NCBI GenBank assembly: GCA_964658305.1 | Contig: OZ210885.1 | Location: 2,666,001 to 2,730,000, forward strand | Direction: 5' to 3' | DNA: 64,000 bases | From: Leptogorgia sarmentosa | Lineage: Eukaryota | Shown: piece by piece, positions 39,714 through 53,644 of the stretch | How the letters are laid out: the number at the start of each line of letters is the position of its first letter | Numbering within the stretch: the first letter of the stretch is position 1 | Translations under genes and position numbers: made by a program | The notes under the pieces: generated by a model | Databases searched by the model: none | What the model was told of the DNA's origin: nothing | Seen by the model: the letters and a program-made list of their open reading frames with translations, nothing else

Positions 39714-42453
39714 CAATAGACAAGCGCCACATGTGAATTGATTCTGACGTTGTATAGATGAGTAGATCAAGTAATAGCTATATATTTGATTGCCAAAACA
39801 TTGATGCATTGCAGCGAGTTATATTACGTTCCTTTTATTATTTAATAGCCCAGCTCTAAATCGACAGAAGACGACAGGAAAGTTATAGTAAAAAATTACA
39901 GTATTTGTTCGACTCGACTTGCTACCCAGATTATTTTGGCAAATATATCTCGCTATATATGTAGCACTCTCTTGCTTTAGGCCGAGACATTATATTGAGA
40001 CGTTGTTATAATGCTGGTGCTGTATACTTGACCTTTGGTTAACAGGTTGACATTTACGGCAACCTACAAATCGCAAACGGCAAACAAATGAGCAATTTCG
40101 CATCGCATCCGGTTTGAAATGTACGAGCAAACTAAACTTTTCTGTCTAAATATAACAAGTATACTAAGACCTACATATTTAGTTGAAAACATTTAAGTTC
40201 AATTATTTACAAGATGAATAGGATAATGTTTTTAAATTTTTGCTTTTCCACCGTTTAGGCTAAACGCCTTTGATACAACCGGGCCCTGAATATCTACTGG
40301 ATTGGACTGAATAATAATGAGTTGGCGGTAATTTTAGAAGTTGCGGAGGCGGAGGACTGCTGTCTACAACACGATTGAAAAAAATGCCGAATTTAAAGCT
40401 TGCTATGGTAACCATCGCAAGAATGACCTGAGTTTTTTGTTTGAGCTCATATGTTGCTCAGGGTCGTCTCCCACAAAGTAGCGAAATCCATAGATATCTT
40501 CATAATTACGATCAAAAAGATATCGGAGTCTTTATGTATTTCAAAATCGAATTCTAATTGTCTTCGATATTTCTTTCAATAATTATAGGTTTATGATTCC
40601 AAAGACATGAAGTTTGAATTGAAATATTTCACTATACAAATTCTTTAAAATTCAATGAATTTTTGGGAAGATTTAATACTCTAACCAACTGCTCCTACTT
40701 TCCTGTAGTTCTGTATAGTTTTCCTGCGGGGATAATAATCTGAAGTTCACTTACCAATAATATCAGGGTTATCGTAAGCGATAAATAACTGGTTGAGTTG
40801 AATAAATTTATCAATTAAAATAGAAACATTAATTATTGCAACATATTTATGTACTCAGTACATCCTTATGGAAAGCATAAGTCAGTAATGCTGCAATCCA
40901 GTTACGCGTTTTTATACGTACGTGTAAAAGTATACTGAATATTTCGTTTTCTTGATAAAATACCTTTAGAAACACATACTATAGCTACATCATTCAATTA
41001 GTGTGAGGTGATTTATTATTATGTTAATATTTTTGTTTAAATAACACTTTATGTTGCGTGTTTCCTACATAATAGTGGTTATATAACTAACACGGTGTTG
41101 GCATGGTATACGTATGGAAAAAAAATACAATTATTTATTTTCAACACGTATACGTAATTAAGGCCGCAAATATTCCTGAAGATCTCGTTTGTTCTCATCC
41201 ATCCCGTTCCACATTATAACATAATATTATCAAAATTAATCACTTGAGTGAATAGTTATATTTCTATAATAGGCAATTTTGTTATAATGATTTCTTGCGC
41301 CTAACTAATAGACAAGCGCTACATGTGATATGATTATGACGTTGCATAGATGAGTAGATCAAGTAATAGCTATTTGATTGCCAAAACATTAATGCATTGC
41401 AGCGAGTTATATTACGTTCCTTTTATTATTTAATAGCCCAGCTCTAAATCGACAGAAGACGACAGGCAAGTTATTGTAAAAAATAACAGTATTTGTTCGG
41501 CTCGACTTGCTACCCAGATTATTTTGGCAAATATATCTCCCTATATGTAGCACTCTCTTGCTTTAGGCCGAGACATTATAATTATTGAGACGTTGTTATA
41601 ATGTTGGTGTTGTATATTTGACCTTTGGTTAACAGCTTGACATTTACGGCAACCTATACAAATCGCAAACGGCAACAAATAACAAATTAGAAATTTCGCA
41701 TCGCATCCGGTTTGCAAACTAAACTTTTCTGTCTAAATATAACAAGTATACAAAGAACTACATATTTAGTTGACAACATTTAAGTTCAATTATTTACAAG
41801 ATGAATAGGATAATGTTTTTAGATTGTTGCTTTTCCACCGTTTAGGCTAAACGCCTTTGATACAACCGGGCCCTGAATATCTACTGGATTGGACAGAATA
41901 ATAATGAGTTGCCGGTAATTTTAGAAGTTGCGGAGGCGGAGGACTGCTGTCTACAACACGATTAAAAAAAATGCCGAATTTAAAGCTTGCTATGGTAACC
42001 ATCGCAAGAATGACCTGAGTTTTTTGTTTGAGCTCATAAGTCGCTCAGGGTCGTCTCCCACAAAGTAGCGAAATCCATAGCCTCATAATTATACGATCAA
42101 AAAGATATCGGAGTCTTTATGTATTTGAAAATCGAATTCTAATTGTCTTCGATATTTCTTTCAATAATTATAGGTTTATGATTCCAAAGACATGAAGTTT
42201 GAATTGAAATATTTCACTATACAAATTCTTTAAAATTCAATGAATTTTTGGGAAGATTTAATACTCTAACCAACTGCTCCTACTTTCCTGTAGTTCTGTA
42301 GTTTGGCTGGTTTGAAGTTCACTTACCAATAATATCAGGGTTATCGTAACCGATAAATAACTGGTTGATTTGAATAAATTTATCAAAGTAGAAACATTAT
42401 TGCAACATATATAATATGTACTCAGTACATCCTTTTGGAAAGCATAAGTCAGT
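39714..42453. repeat. ~1.15-kb direct duplication (39714-40886 and 41307-42453)
   Basis: Both copies run from AATAGACAAGCGC to GGAAAGCATAAGTCAGT with high identity. Confidence 0.9.
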
Positions 42454-43981
42454 TTATTTTGTCAATTTGCACTTCAACAACGTTTGTTAAAACATTGCTT
42501 ATGTTGAAATAGTGACCCGGTTATAAAATCAGTTTAATAGGCCGTTTTTAGCTAATTTGTGAAGGTTTCAAAATTGTTAACAAAAGTTTAACTGTCGAAT
42601 GTACCAAAATTTAAGCAGTGGCGTTGCCAGACCTTCATTTTTTGGGGGGGGGCGAATTTATATTTAAATGGCGAATTACCGCGTACTATGGTTTTTGAGT
42701 TATAAGTATACAGTTGTACTTTTTTTTGCGCCACCCGCGGTATATAAGCCATAAATATTTTCAATCAAATAACGAGCGAATGATATCTTGCTGACCAAAT
42801 TGCCTGCAATATTTGTACACGTTTTGCATCGTTACATCTTGTAAAAATTGAAACAGACACTTTTTGCGTAAGAGGCAGATTTCGGGAAGTAATTTTAATT
42901 TATCGGTTTCGCCAATGTCACTCGTGTAATTCTTGATTACCGATTAATTATCTGGTTAATCAGACACAATGTACGTACAGTACATTCCAACACAAACAAT
43001 CTTTGTGTATGTATAGTTTTTGTATTTAGCTTCCTGGCTATTGTCTGTCTGATAATGATAATTAAAAAGCTGTGTAGAAGGCCGATGTTTTATTTATTCT
43101 CTGTTTAATTTGCTTTTTTCTTTGTCACTCTATACAAAAGATGAAAAGCTTTCTCTGCATGCTTTCCGGCAGTCAAGAAAGCCGAACTCACTTTAAGTCA
43201 CATTTTTGGGGGATTAGGAGGAAGGTTAATTGGAGTTGATGCATTCCAACTGTGCTTAATCTATGTTTCACAAATTTTGTCTATGACTTGCGCATAATTT
43301 TTGTGTGCGTCCTTTTGCTAGGACAGTTATAGTTAATAATACGAATCGGAATCATTTGCTTGACCACGATTCGGAAATATTTTTGAAGTGTTTTTTACAG
43401 TTATAAGCCTACATTCATACATAAAATCTTCAGTTAATGAATAGCGACATTACTCGATTGAATGAATACTTTCGCTTTACTTGGTTGAACTTGGAAACTA
43501 TTGGTAACCTCACATCCCAAACCCGACTAAGAATATAGTTACGACGATGCATCATTGAATCCGCCGAAACAATTTGTGCAGCAAAATATTGTTATATTTA
43601 AATTTAAAAAGCTTGATAAACTTAGGGGTCGTCTCGGCGACGAATTCCATCATATCCTTTACGCCGACGTAACTACCGCCTACCGAAAAAAATTGAAATA
43701 ATGGGCCCAGTTTCCCTAAGGGTAGAATTTTTATTGTCTTACGTAATTGTTAGAGTTTCGAAAACTTTTTGAGCTGAAATAATCGCTGCAATTATATTTA
43801 AACTTCCTGACTTGTTTTGCTGGCAAAACGTCAATTCTTATAATTTTTATAAACCGTATCGTTCAGATTGTAAGTAGAATTTTTGCTGCTTGTCTTGTTG
43901 AAAGGGTACCATTCTCATCTATAGCTAGTTACGCGTTAACGTATATACGCACGTATAAAATATAAATACCTCTGTATTTCA

Positions 43982-44123
43982 GGCCTGTTTCAAACGTCGA
44001 ACTTTAGTCGCGTCGAATGCAATTCAGACAAAGGATAATGAGCTGATAATGAGGCAAGTTATCTCATTATCTATTGTTTTAATTGCATTCGACGCGACTA
44101 AAGTTCGACGTATGAAACAGGCC
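43982..44123. mobile_element. Palindromic MITE with TCA target duplication
   Basis: GGCCTGTTTCAAACGTCGAACTTTAGTCGCGTCGAATGCAATT and near-perfect reverse complement; TCA on both sides. Confidence 0.85.
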
Positions 44124-45808
44124 TCATTTTAATAATAAAATATTACCTTTAGAAACACATACTACATCATTCAAAGTATGAGAGGCTTTACATTTATCCA
44201 TGTGATTCTATAGAAATTAACTAACGTTAAAATCAATTAGCGGAGTTTGGATCCATGCAGTTAGTAGCTAGAAGACGACATGCAAAAATCCACGATCAGC
44301 GCCAAATTGAATATGCCAGTTCGCTCTCTTTCTTTACAAAATCAATTGGTCAGATGTAAAGAGGATTAAACAAGCAAAATATACTAGTACTTGATAGCAA
44401 GAGCTTAGAGTTCATTCAATGTTTGAGTGTTAACTAGCTACGTTTCTTAATGTGCCGTGGGAAGAATGATGGTCCGTCACGATTGTTGTCAGACAAAAAA
44501 AACGTTTCGCTCTCCTTGTAAAAGTGTCAAGAAATGTAGTATGTGGACGTACAATCTTATAAGGTATGACAAAATGAACACGATTATTATACAGGATGAC
44601 TCAGAAGAAAACGGAACTGCACGCGCAAAAATTAATTATGTAACTATTCCCTCAAATTGTTGTTCACAATGATGCAATTATTACCTATACAACAGTTGAA
44701 CTTGAACGTTCTGTGATGTTATGATATAACATGATAAAATTTATAGACACATTACTAATGCTCAAAAAATTGTTTTAGTTTACAAACTAGCTCATCTGCA
44801 CTAAACTAATGAGTCCCAAAAGGACGAAACGATTCAGTCTGTAGTTATATATTAATAATATACATGCAAACATTTCCTTTTATGGATGCATACTCTACCG
44901 TAAGACAAAATAATCTTTGAATCCATTATTATACTTGCAATTCATTTTTTTTATGCTATTATATATAATCATTTGGCGCCTCGTGCGAGATTTCCCCCAA
45001 TCAAGTTCCAAAACCTTTCACATGCGTAGGCTGGCTTGGAGTATGTTCCGTTATGTCAATTGCCGGAAAACATGCAGGGAAAAATGTTCCTGTTTTTCAC
45101 AAAATGATACATATTTCACAAGTAGTTACGACGATGCAACATTGAATCCTCTAACACAATTTGTGCAGCAAAGTATTATCATACTAGAAATACATACATG
45201 CAGCAACCCCTCGCTCGTCTTACTAACGTACCAAGACTACATTAAACTCAATGCACCTATATTCTAACAACATGAAGTACTCAAACATTGTCGTCATAAC
45301 AACAACACGGTAATTCATGTTTTTCCGTATTATTTTTTAAAAATGAAAAAATAATGGAATAAAATATCAGTCTTTAACCTGCTTCTTATAGAATGTTTTT
45401 TAATTTGCAGAAGATATGTCACACTAATGTCATTAAACCTAAACTTGATGTAAATTATTCGCATAAGACGTTTTGAAATGTTTTAACTTCAGAAAATTAT
45501 ATTTTTATATCATACAAAATTATAAAAACTGAAGTTTTTATAAAAAAAACAGGGGGTGTGGAAGTGTAGCGGGATAATAAATCGAGCCCTGGTCAGTGGT
45601 AATTCTGTGAGATTTTCGAACCAGTTGTCATGGAAATAGCGTCAGCGGATGCCAAAATCCGCCATTATTTTGGCTTCACTCTTTGTTCGCGTGCGCTTCC
45701 TCCAGTAATTTAAATATCAAATCGATATTTGAAACGTTCTGCACTAAGTATTGGGCTGCATATGCACGACCCTCTCAATTTGGTCTCAAAACTGTCGTGT
45801 TCTCCTAA

Positions 45809-48800
45809 ATGGATATTTTAGCCAAAGATTCGCTGTCAAACATGTCAAACGACAACACTGTCAGTGTCAGTGGACAGCAGACGAACTACCAGCCGGGCCC
45901 GTGTGCGTGGCTCAGTGAGCCTTACGGGGAACAAGAGAAAATCTGGCCACAAGAGGGAAAACACATTTTGGCGCAGTACGATGACGAAACGATTGTTGTC
46001 TATCAGGCTTTCAACCATAAAATAGCTGACTATGCAGTGAAACACCAGTGGTAAGCATTTCAATTCAAGACCTTCGGGCAATGCATGTATGTACTGTAGT
46101 CATTGTAGTGTAATATAAAACAGGGGTCCTGATTCAGTTGTGTATGCTGCATGCCTTTATATCTGATGCACAAATCAGGAAGTAATTCACTTTGGCCATC
46201 CCGTGCAATACGACACACTCCGGGGACCAAATCCCAACTGCTAACTTTGTATGGTCTTAGCGGTTGGGATTTCAATAGGTGCAAACCACCAGGCTGCTAA
46301 CATTACGACCCAATTCTTTTGTTTGGGGATTAAGGAGCAGGAGATGAGTGTTGTGATCGGCACTTCCTACATATGTACCTAAAAAATTTAACGGCATTGC
46401 CTGTAAGTTTATACAATGCTCCCTACTAAAACTAAACCTGTCATTGAAAATGGAGCTTTGCCATAGTTTGAACAACAATATTCCATTTGCTACAACACGA
46501 GAAAATGAGAAACTGAAATAAACACAACTTCTTGATAAATTAGTACAGCCAGTGCTGTGATCTAGCCACTGGCGCAATAGGCTGTCCTAGCCACATAATA
46601 GAGCGCAATGGGCATGTAAATGCTAGTAATTAGTAGTGTAATGTCTTGTTTTTGTTATAGTAAATGTATTTTATTTGAGCATAAACAATTGACCCTATTA
46701 ATTGTCAAGTATTGGACATATAATTAATTACCCACACAAAGTTGTCAACCTTGTTGCTTTTTCTAGTTTTGGAGGCAATGACTTCAGCTACTCACGGATG
46801 TCATGGATTAAACCCAATTTCCTCTGGATGATGTATCGCTGCGGATGGGCAAGTAAAGTAGGTCAAGAACGAGTGCTAGCAGTACGAATAACAAGAAGCG
46901 GTTTTGAAGAAATACTCGACAATGCTTGGTCAGTTGGTGTAAGTATGATCTATAGGTGCTGTCAATAATTTACTGCTTTTGTGTACTTCATGCTAAGGTA
47001 AATAGTGTATAAAAAGGGTTACTGTCGGTAAATTATTCCAGTTGTTCTGGACATCACCTCCCTTTGTCAGTGGTCCCACCATTCGGAATGCTTGTCATTT
47101 TAATACAAATTTACTTATAGTCGTCATTTTTATGCACTATTTATTTAGTTACATCAGAGATAATGGCTTCATCATCTTTTATCAATCTAATTTACAGTGC
47201 TCGAGTACTGCATTTATTTTTTCATTCTGTTGAACAAATATCATAGGTACAATAAGGAAACATTGTATTCATTGTTTGTATGCAATCATCATTGCACAGG
47301 GTAATTTTAAAGTAAAAAATGCTATTGGAACTTTGTGAATGAAGTTCCAAACAGCAGCTTAAAAGTGATGAGCTTGAAATTTGTAAACATTGTCCGAAAA
47401 CTACAGGGTGTCCCAATAAAAACGGAGCCCACGATCATCACTCATTTCAAATTCTCGTTAAATTTTGGAACAGTTTTAACACTTTTAAAAAATATTACAA
47501 TTTATTGTGAACTTTTCATCTTTTGTTAATACATGAAGCTGTTTTTGAGTTACAAGAAAAAAGTCACTATTGGATGATGTAGCTACCAAGAATTTCTGTA
47601 TTACCGCCCTGGGTGCTTTCACGGAAACTGGGCAATTTTTTGGGTATGTACAAGCAAAAAATCTGCCCGGGGCTGCATTTTCGGAAACGAGTGGGCGCTT
47701 ATACGAAAATCCTTCCCACTATGACAACTGGTGATTAAAAGTGACGTAACCCAGACAGTTCTTTTAAGGCCAAAAAGCAATTTTACTCACTATGTAGTTT
47801 AGATTTTGGATGGGTGCCTTTCCGGAAAATGAATTGAAGGTGGTTAAGTAAAACGAGACAGAAAATCCGCCCACTGTGGGCGCTTTTTCGGAAATATTTC
47901 GAAAATCCACCCATATTGCTGTCTGCCAAGATAGTGCGTTGGTCTGGATTTTGACTTCTCGGCAGCACACCCCTACTCATTTTTTTAGAACCCCCCCCCC
48001 TGGGGAAAATTGATTATATTCTGGAATTGAGGTTCACACACATTCAACATTTTAGTCAAGTTATTGGCCGACCCATCGCCATCAGTCCGAAATTTAAAAA
48101 ACAATGTCCGTCTCCGACAGAATTGTTTTTAATCACTGTGTTTTTAAAGTTTCACCAAATTAATTTGCTTCATATTGACTGCTCTTTCAGTACCAGAAAG
48201 AAAATGGGCTTTCACAGGATGATTTACACGTTCGACTCCAGTGGGACCCAGATCACAGTCCTTCGTATGATAAACTTTCTAGAAGAGCAATCCAGCTTGG
48301 ATTAAAGGGAAATGTGGGTTATATTAGTTTGTACAAAGTATACAGATTAAAAGCATTTCCATTTCTGTACATTCCTTCCTCCTGGCATGCTTAATTGTGT
48401 ATGTTTTACTTAGCGAATGCAGGGTAAAATGTTTGGACAGACTTTCTTTAGTTGTGCAAATTATTTTTGCACCAGTTTATAAAATTTTGGCTCAATATAC
48501 CTTTAAGTATATTAATCTTTTTTTTTCCAAATTTATACATGATCTTTGAATACATGCAAGTAAAATTTTATCGCACTGACAAATTTCAGTTAGCAAAGTT
48601 TGAAAAAGGCAAGAAATTCAGCTTTTAAATTTTTCAGATTTGTTTCACATAAATCTGTACAACAAAAGAAAATCTCCACAGTCCACTAATTAAATCATTG
48701 ACAATATTGCTAATGTTCCAAATTTAAACGGTCCTATTTAAAAAATGGGCTACCCTAAATTAATTTGATATTTTTGAGACTGCATAGTTGTTTAGTGCCA

Positions 48801-49335
48801 GCATATGGTGTTTTTGCTCTGTGTCTTGGCTTGTTGCTAGTAATGACTAGCATATGAAATGAACACTATGGGCACAGTATACCTATACAGTAGTTCAACT
48901 CATTGTTTTTTTGTAAGCTGTATACGTCATGATTCGTCACTCAGCAAGTGCCCTAAACAGAGGCATTCACCCCCCTGGCAATACTCAAAATGAATAATAC
49001 TCAGGGGGGTGACTGCCTCTGTTTAGGGCACTTGCTGAGTGACGTATACAGCTTACAAAAAAACAATGAGTTGGACTACTGTATAGGTATACTGTGCTAT
49101 GGGAATTAGAATTATTGTCATTGTCACTATTATCTTTGTACTTTTTGTTTTGCAGATACTAAAAAAATATGGAACCGAATGGATTGTCAGTATTGAAGAC
49201 ATCACAGAGTTTGTCAAAGAACAACATCAGACATTAGACCGGATGGGTGCAGAACATGTGCTCGTTGCCAAGGAAAGAGTGTATCCACTGAACAACCAAA
49301 AAATCACTGAACAAATTCGCCTGGATTCGTGCTGA
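45809..49335 (+). CDS. DUF4291-family protein, 4 exons
   Basis: Exons 45809(or 45842)-46050, 46767-46938, 48191-48313, 49156-49335, phases consistent. Motifs recalled for DUF4291: [72 protein letters not shown] at 49499-49504. Confidence 0.85.
48873..49096. mobile_element. Fold-back MITE (~100-bp arms) in intron 3 of the DUF4291 gene
   Basis: CACAGTATACCTATACAGTAG...CTACTGTATAGGTATACTGTG; CTATGGG directly repeated on both flanks (7-bp TSD). Confidence 0.9.
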
Positions 49336-52300
49336 TGATTGAAATCATGCAGTCAAAGAAATGATGAGTGGCCTATAATTAAATGTGCAGACACGTGTTT
49401 ATACCAATGTTCATTACCATTTTTGTTGTATGTATTTTGGGAGGCCCATCTGGTAGATAAGCAGTTTTGCTTAAGATGTACCTCTGACTTTTATCCTCAA
49501 TAAATATTGTTTACACCTCATTATCATAGAGGAGGCAGTGTGGGCTAGTGGTAGAATGCTCGCGTCTTAATTTCCTCTTCAATTCCCACTGGACCACACT
49601 GCTAGACCCTTGAGTCAGGTCTCCAGTTCCTCATCTCGCTTTCACATTGTGTGTATGAATGTGGTGTGTATGGTATACTTTCTTGTGTATTGTAATTGTT
49701 AAAAAACGTATTGTAATTGCTGTAATAGTTGTGTATCTTGTTGTGTAAAATGTCACTGATAACATGTGTTGAGTGGCACTGTAAACTTTGAAATATAATA
49801 ATTAGTATTATTATTATTATAGATAAAATTATCATAATTATAGACTTAATTAAAGAACAACAAACATGCTTTCCTACAGTAAAATTTATCAACTTATCAC
49901 TAAGTGCACTCGGCGTGTTTAGTCGGTCGTCAGTAGAAGATTTGGATGAAATGCTTCGAAGCCTGAAATTTGATGCACAATATGATAAATACATCGAAAA
50001 GAAAATCGAGAACATTTGCATACGAACATCGTATTATATATTTTGTAGGAGAAACAATGAGTGGAATAGCCCAAAATTATTAACAATATAATCCTTATAA
50101 TCGTAATATAGTTATTGTATATAAATATATTATAATAGCGTTAATTCAAGTAGACACTGATAAACTACCTTATCAAGCGAGGTTTATCTTTGTAGTTCAC
50201 TATATGTATTTTTGATCAATTAATAAAGTTTTCATTATAATTACATATCTTAATATGTCAAAACGTTCATACTCGTAATGCACTAAGCGAAATCAAGCTT
50301 CTACAATTTCCAGTGTCCCTTTTTGCCATTAGACACCCATTTCCTTCTACCAAAAAGCAAGTATGTAAATTTTCGAGCGAGTCTATTCACGCTGTGAAAA
50401 AAATTAATCCGGAACACATTGTTGCTGTAAAGAGGTTGACAATTTCTTAAAGGCGTTCATGCTTGTCCATAAAATAAACCCATCTGCAAAAATTTGCGAA
50501 TTCGTATTCATTTGCTCAGTTTTTCTGCGCCCACATAAATGTCAGGTGTTCCAAAATTGAAAAAAAAAACGTTACGAAATTTGAAGGGCTATATCTCCGA
50601 CACGTCTTGACATAGGTCACTCCAATTTCACCCATTTACAATTTGAAGTTATATTTAACTATTTGGCGAAAATTTCAATGTGATGCGGCTTTTTTGGTTA
50701 TAGTAAAAAACTCGTATAATCTCAACTGAAATGAGTCGGGATGGAGTTCGTTTGGGGCCTCACAGGGCATGCCATTTGAGACTACATGGTCGGTCGGCGA
50801 GCTGCCGGAAAATGTTGACGGGGGGGGGGGGGGGGCAATTTTTTTGCCGACCGGGGGTTAAAAACTAGCTTGCGTGCCTTTTTGCGACTTTTGAAAAAAA
50901 AATGAGAGCTTTGCTAAGAAAGAGTCGGTCGACGCCTTTTTTTCTTTAACAAGCGAGCGCACCTTTCAAAGTGGGTCGGGGACAGACTAGAACCAACTAC
51001 AGCAGTTTTCAAAAGGCGGAATTGTATCATTTGCGCCACATCCCAGAATAGCAATCTCAAGTTCGTAATCTGATTACTAAATATTCAAAATCTGGAAAGA
51101 ATCGACTCGGATCAGGATTAGTAGCATCATTGTATTATTTATCATTTTCGTTTTATAACACAAACCTCTAACCATAGAACTGTCAGGAGATTTGCAGTAG
51201 CATACTGCAGCATAAATTGCAGTATATGAAAATTGATATGCGGAAAGTTAATATGCGGAACAATCATGACTGAGTTTTGAACAATAACACAATAAAAAAA
51301 CAATCTTGATGGCTTTTTGCCAACTTAGTAATAGTCATACTTGTTGAAGTATCCTGTATTTCCTGTATTTAAAATCCCTTTCTAGCTGTGGCTTATTGGA
51401 ACGAGGAACTGCGTCATTATTCTCTAAAGCAACTTTCAAGAGGTATGATTTATGTACAGTTTCGGTTGATTCAACCCAGTAGGAATGGTTGTTTTAACAA
51501 AACTAAAATGTGTTTTCACCTAGATTTTAATGGGTTAAAAAACATAGCTCATGCTAAATGGTTACTTCAATTAACCTATAATTTGAAGTTTACTTTGACC
51601 AATAGTATCAGGGTTATCTTAACCGTTAAATAACCGTTGACATGCAGGGCAACTGTTGTTGAGCTGGTGTTAAAGTGATGAACGTCAACGATTACGAATA
51701 TCTATAGAGCACCTTTCCGGATTGCAGTTCGAGATGAAAAATGAAAAGACACCAAGTAGTTTGTGTAAGAGTGGATTAGTCGAACGAAGAAGCAGTGGCC
51801 GAAAAAAGTCACAATAGACCACGGCGAACCGACGGTGATTGGGGAATAGACCGATTGCATAATAGACACAATTTTTAAAATCTCCAAATAGTACAATTCA
51901 TATAGCAACGGCGTTAAAGAGCATCCCAAAATTAGTAGAAATATCGAGTTATAGCTTATGGCCCTTCAATATGCCGTTTCGAGTAAAGTTCATTCGTCAA
52001 GAATTAGTGGTGTGACGTTAGCAACTCCTGAAGGTTCTAAGATTTTTTTCTATATAACGCAGATGAAATTATCAATGTAGCCGGATTTGATTAAATTACA
52101 CTTTGAAACTTTTTTAATTGGACTTTTAGGTTTTTAGCCAGAGGATAATACACAGATGCTTCGAAATAACATGAAATTTATTTCAGACCGTGTATTATGT
52201 TGTTTACCTTGTAATGTTGTAATGCCCCATTATCCCAAAAATTGCTCCAAAATAGCTGCATGAATTACAAATCTCACATGTGAAATTATCGTTTTCATTA

Positions 52301-52898
52301 TCAATATCAGCGACAGCAAGTTTTAAAATACACAGTATATATACTTTATATTTATAATAAAACCTATTATTGTATTGTGCATCTAAAGTACCTTACGAAC
52401 TTAACAGAAAACTCGTTCCAGCCAACAAGTAGCAAGAGGTAGCAACAGTCGAAGATTTTGAATAGCTATTATAAATGAAAATATTGAACCAAAAAATGTC
52501 AAAAACACACTGACAAAAAGTTTAAGAACTTTTTAACAAGATACGTATTAACCAAATTTCAAATACATGATTACAATAAAAAGCGTTTTTTCAACAGTTA
52601 GACCAGTTTGTTTGTCAGAATTATATCTTTCCTCTAACGGGTCAACAAAATTTAAAACATGCGTGTCAATGTTGATAAAAAGTCAAAATATATCACAATA
52701 CAAAGAACATTGAATAATTATTGCATCACCATTAACTTATTAGTGATGGATTTATCATTAATACACGTTGTCAACAAATTTATAATATATGAATTTATCG
52801 TTTTTGTATCAAAAGTTAATGCCTACTTTTTAAAACAAGCACATTCATGTAAGAAGGGGCACCCAACCTTATAGACCTAATTTTAAAACAATTTGTAT

Positions 52899-53185
52899 AG
52901 GAAATTACACGGTTCGAGAAGTATTAATGAAAAATTGCACGCGTGTTTGGCGAAGTATTAATATCATTGTAGTACACGTTCACTAACCTTTTTTGTCCAA
53001 AGTTGACAATAAATGACAAAAAAAAACAAGAATTTTGGCGTTGATTTAAGCGTTTATTTATTTGTTTTTATAATGTATCGCGGCCTCGAAACCGTGCAAT
53101 TAAGTTTAATTTGCACACTGTGCAAATTAAAGATTAATTTCCACAGTTGTTGAAGCTTTTTAACCAATCAGCGTCCAGGAAATTG
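52899..53185. mobile_element. Interspersed element with inverted copy at 56713-56940 and fragment at ~23012-23080
   Basis: GGAAATTACACGGTTCGAGAAGTATTAATG...CCAATCAGCGTCCAGGAAATTGAC(C/T)ACAATGATATTA; both astacin-2 copies are absent at the matching astacin-1 sites. Confidence 0.75.
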
Positions 53186-53644
53186 ACCACAATGATATTA
53201 GTTTGGCAACATTATTTGTTTGGCAACAGGTTTTTCATAAATATTGGTCCAATAATTTCCATGCATTGTTTCCTGCTAGACACTTCCAGAATTTACTTTA
53301 GAGAATTCAACAAGAGAAAAGTTTTTTTTCTTTGGAATTCTTTGTTTTTTTTTTGGCATCATCTGGATACTATTTGGAGGATAGTATGTTTCGTTGAATG
53401 ATTGGCAAGAAATCCACTATTATAAAGCATGCATCTATACCTATACGTCATTCTTCCGGAAAAAAATCAAGGCTACTATAAAATACAATAATTTTCCATT
53501 ATTTTATTAAAAACATGATGACATAATTACTATAGATAGCATACTGTCACATTGTAAAACTTAACCTCTATACAACCTGGATGTTGCAAACTAAGTTGAA
53601 AATATTAATAAACAGAATAGAAATGAAAAAGTACAATAGAGTAT

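Noticed and set aside
48873..48880. RAG RSS/Transib-like terminus (CACAGT)
   Set aside because: Matches only six bases of the heptamer, no nonamer seen, and the longest TSD reading is 7 bp.
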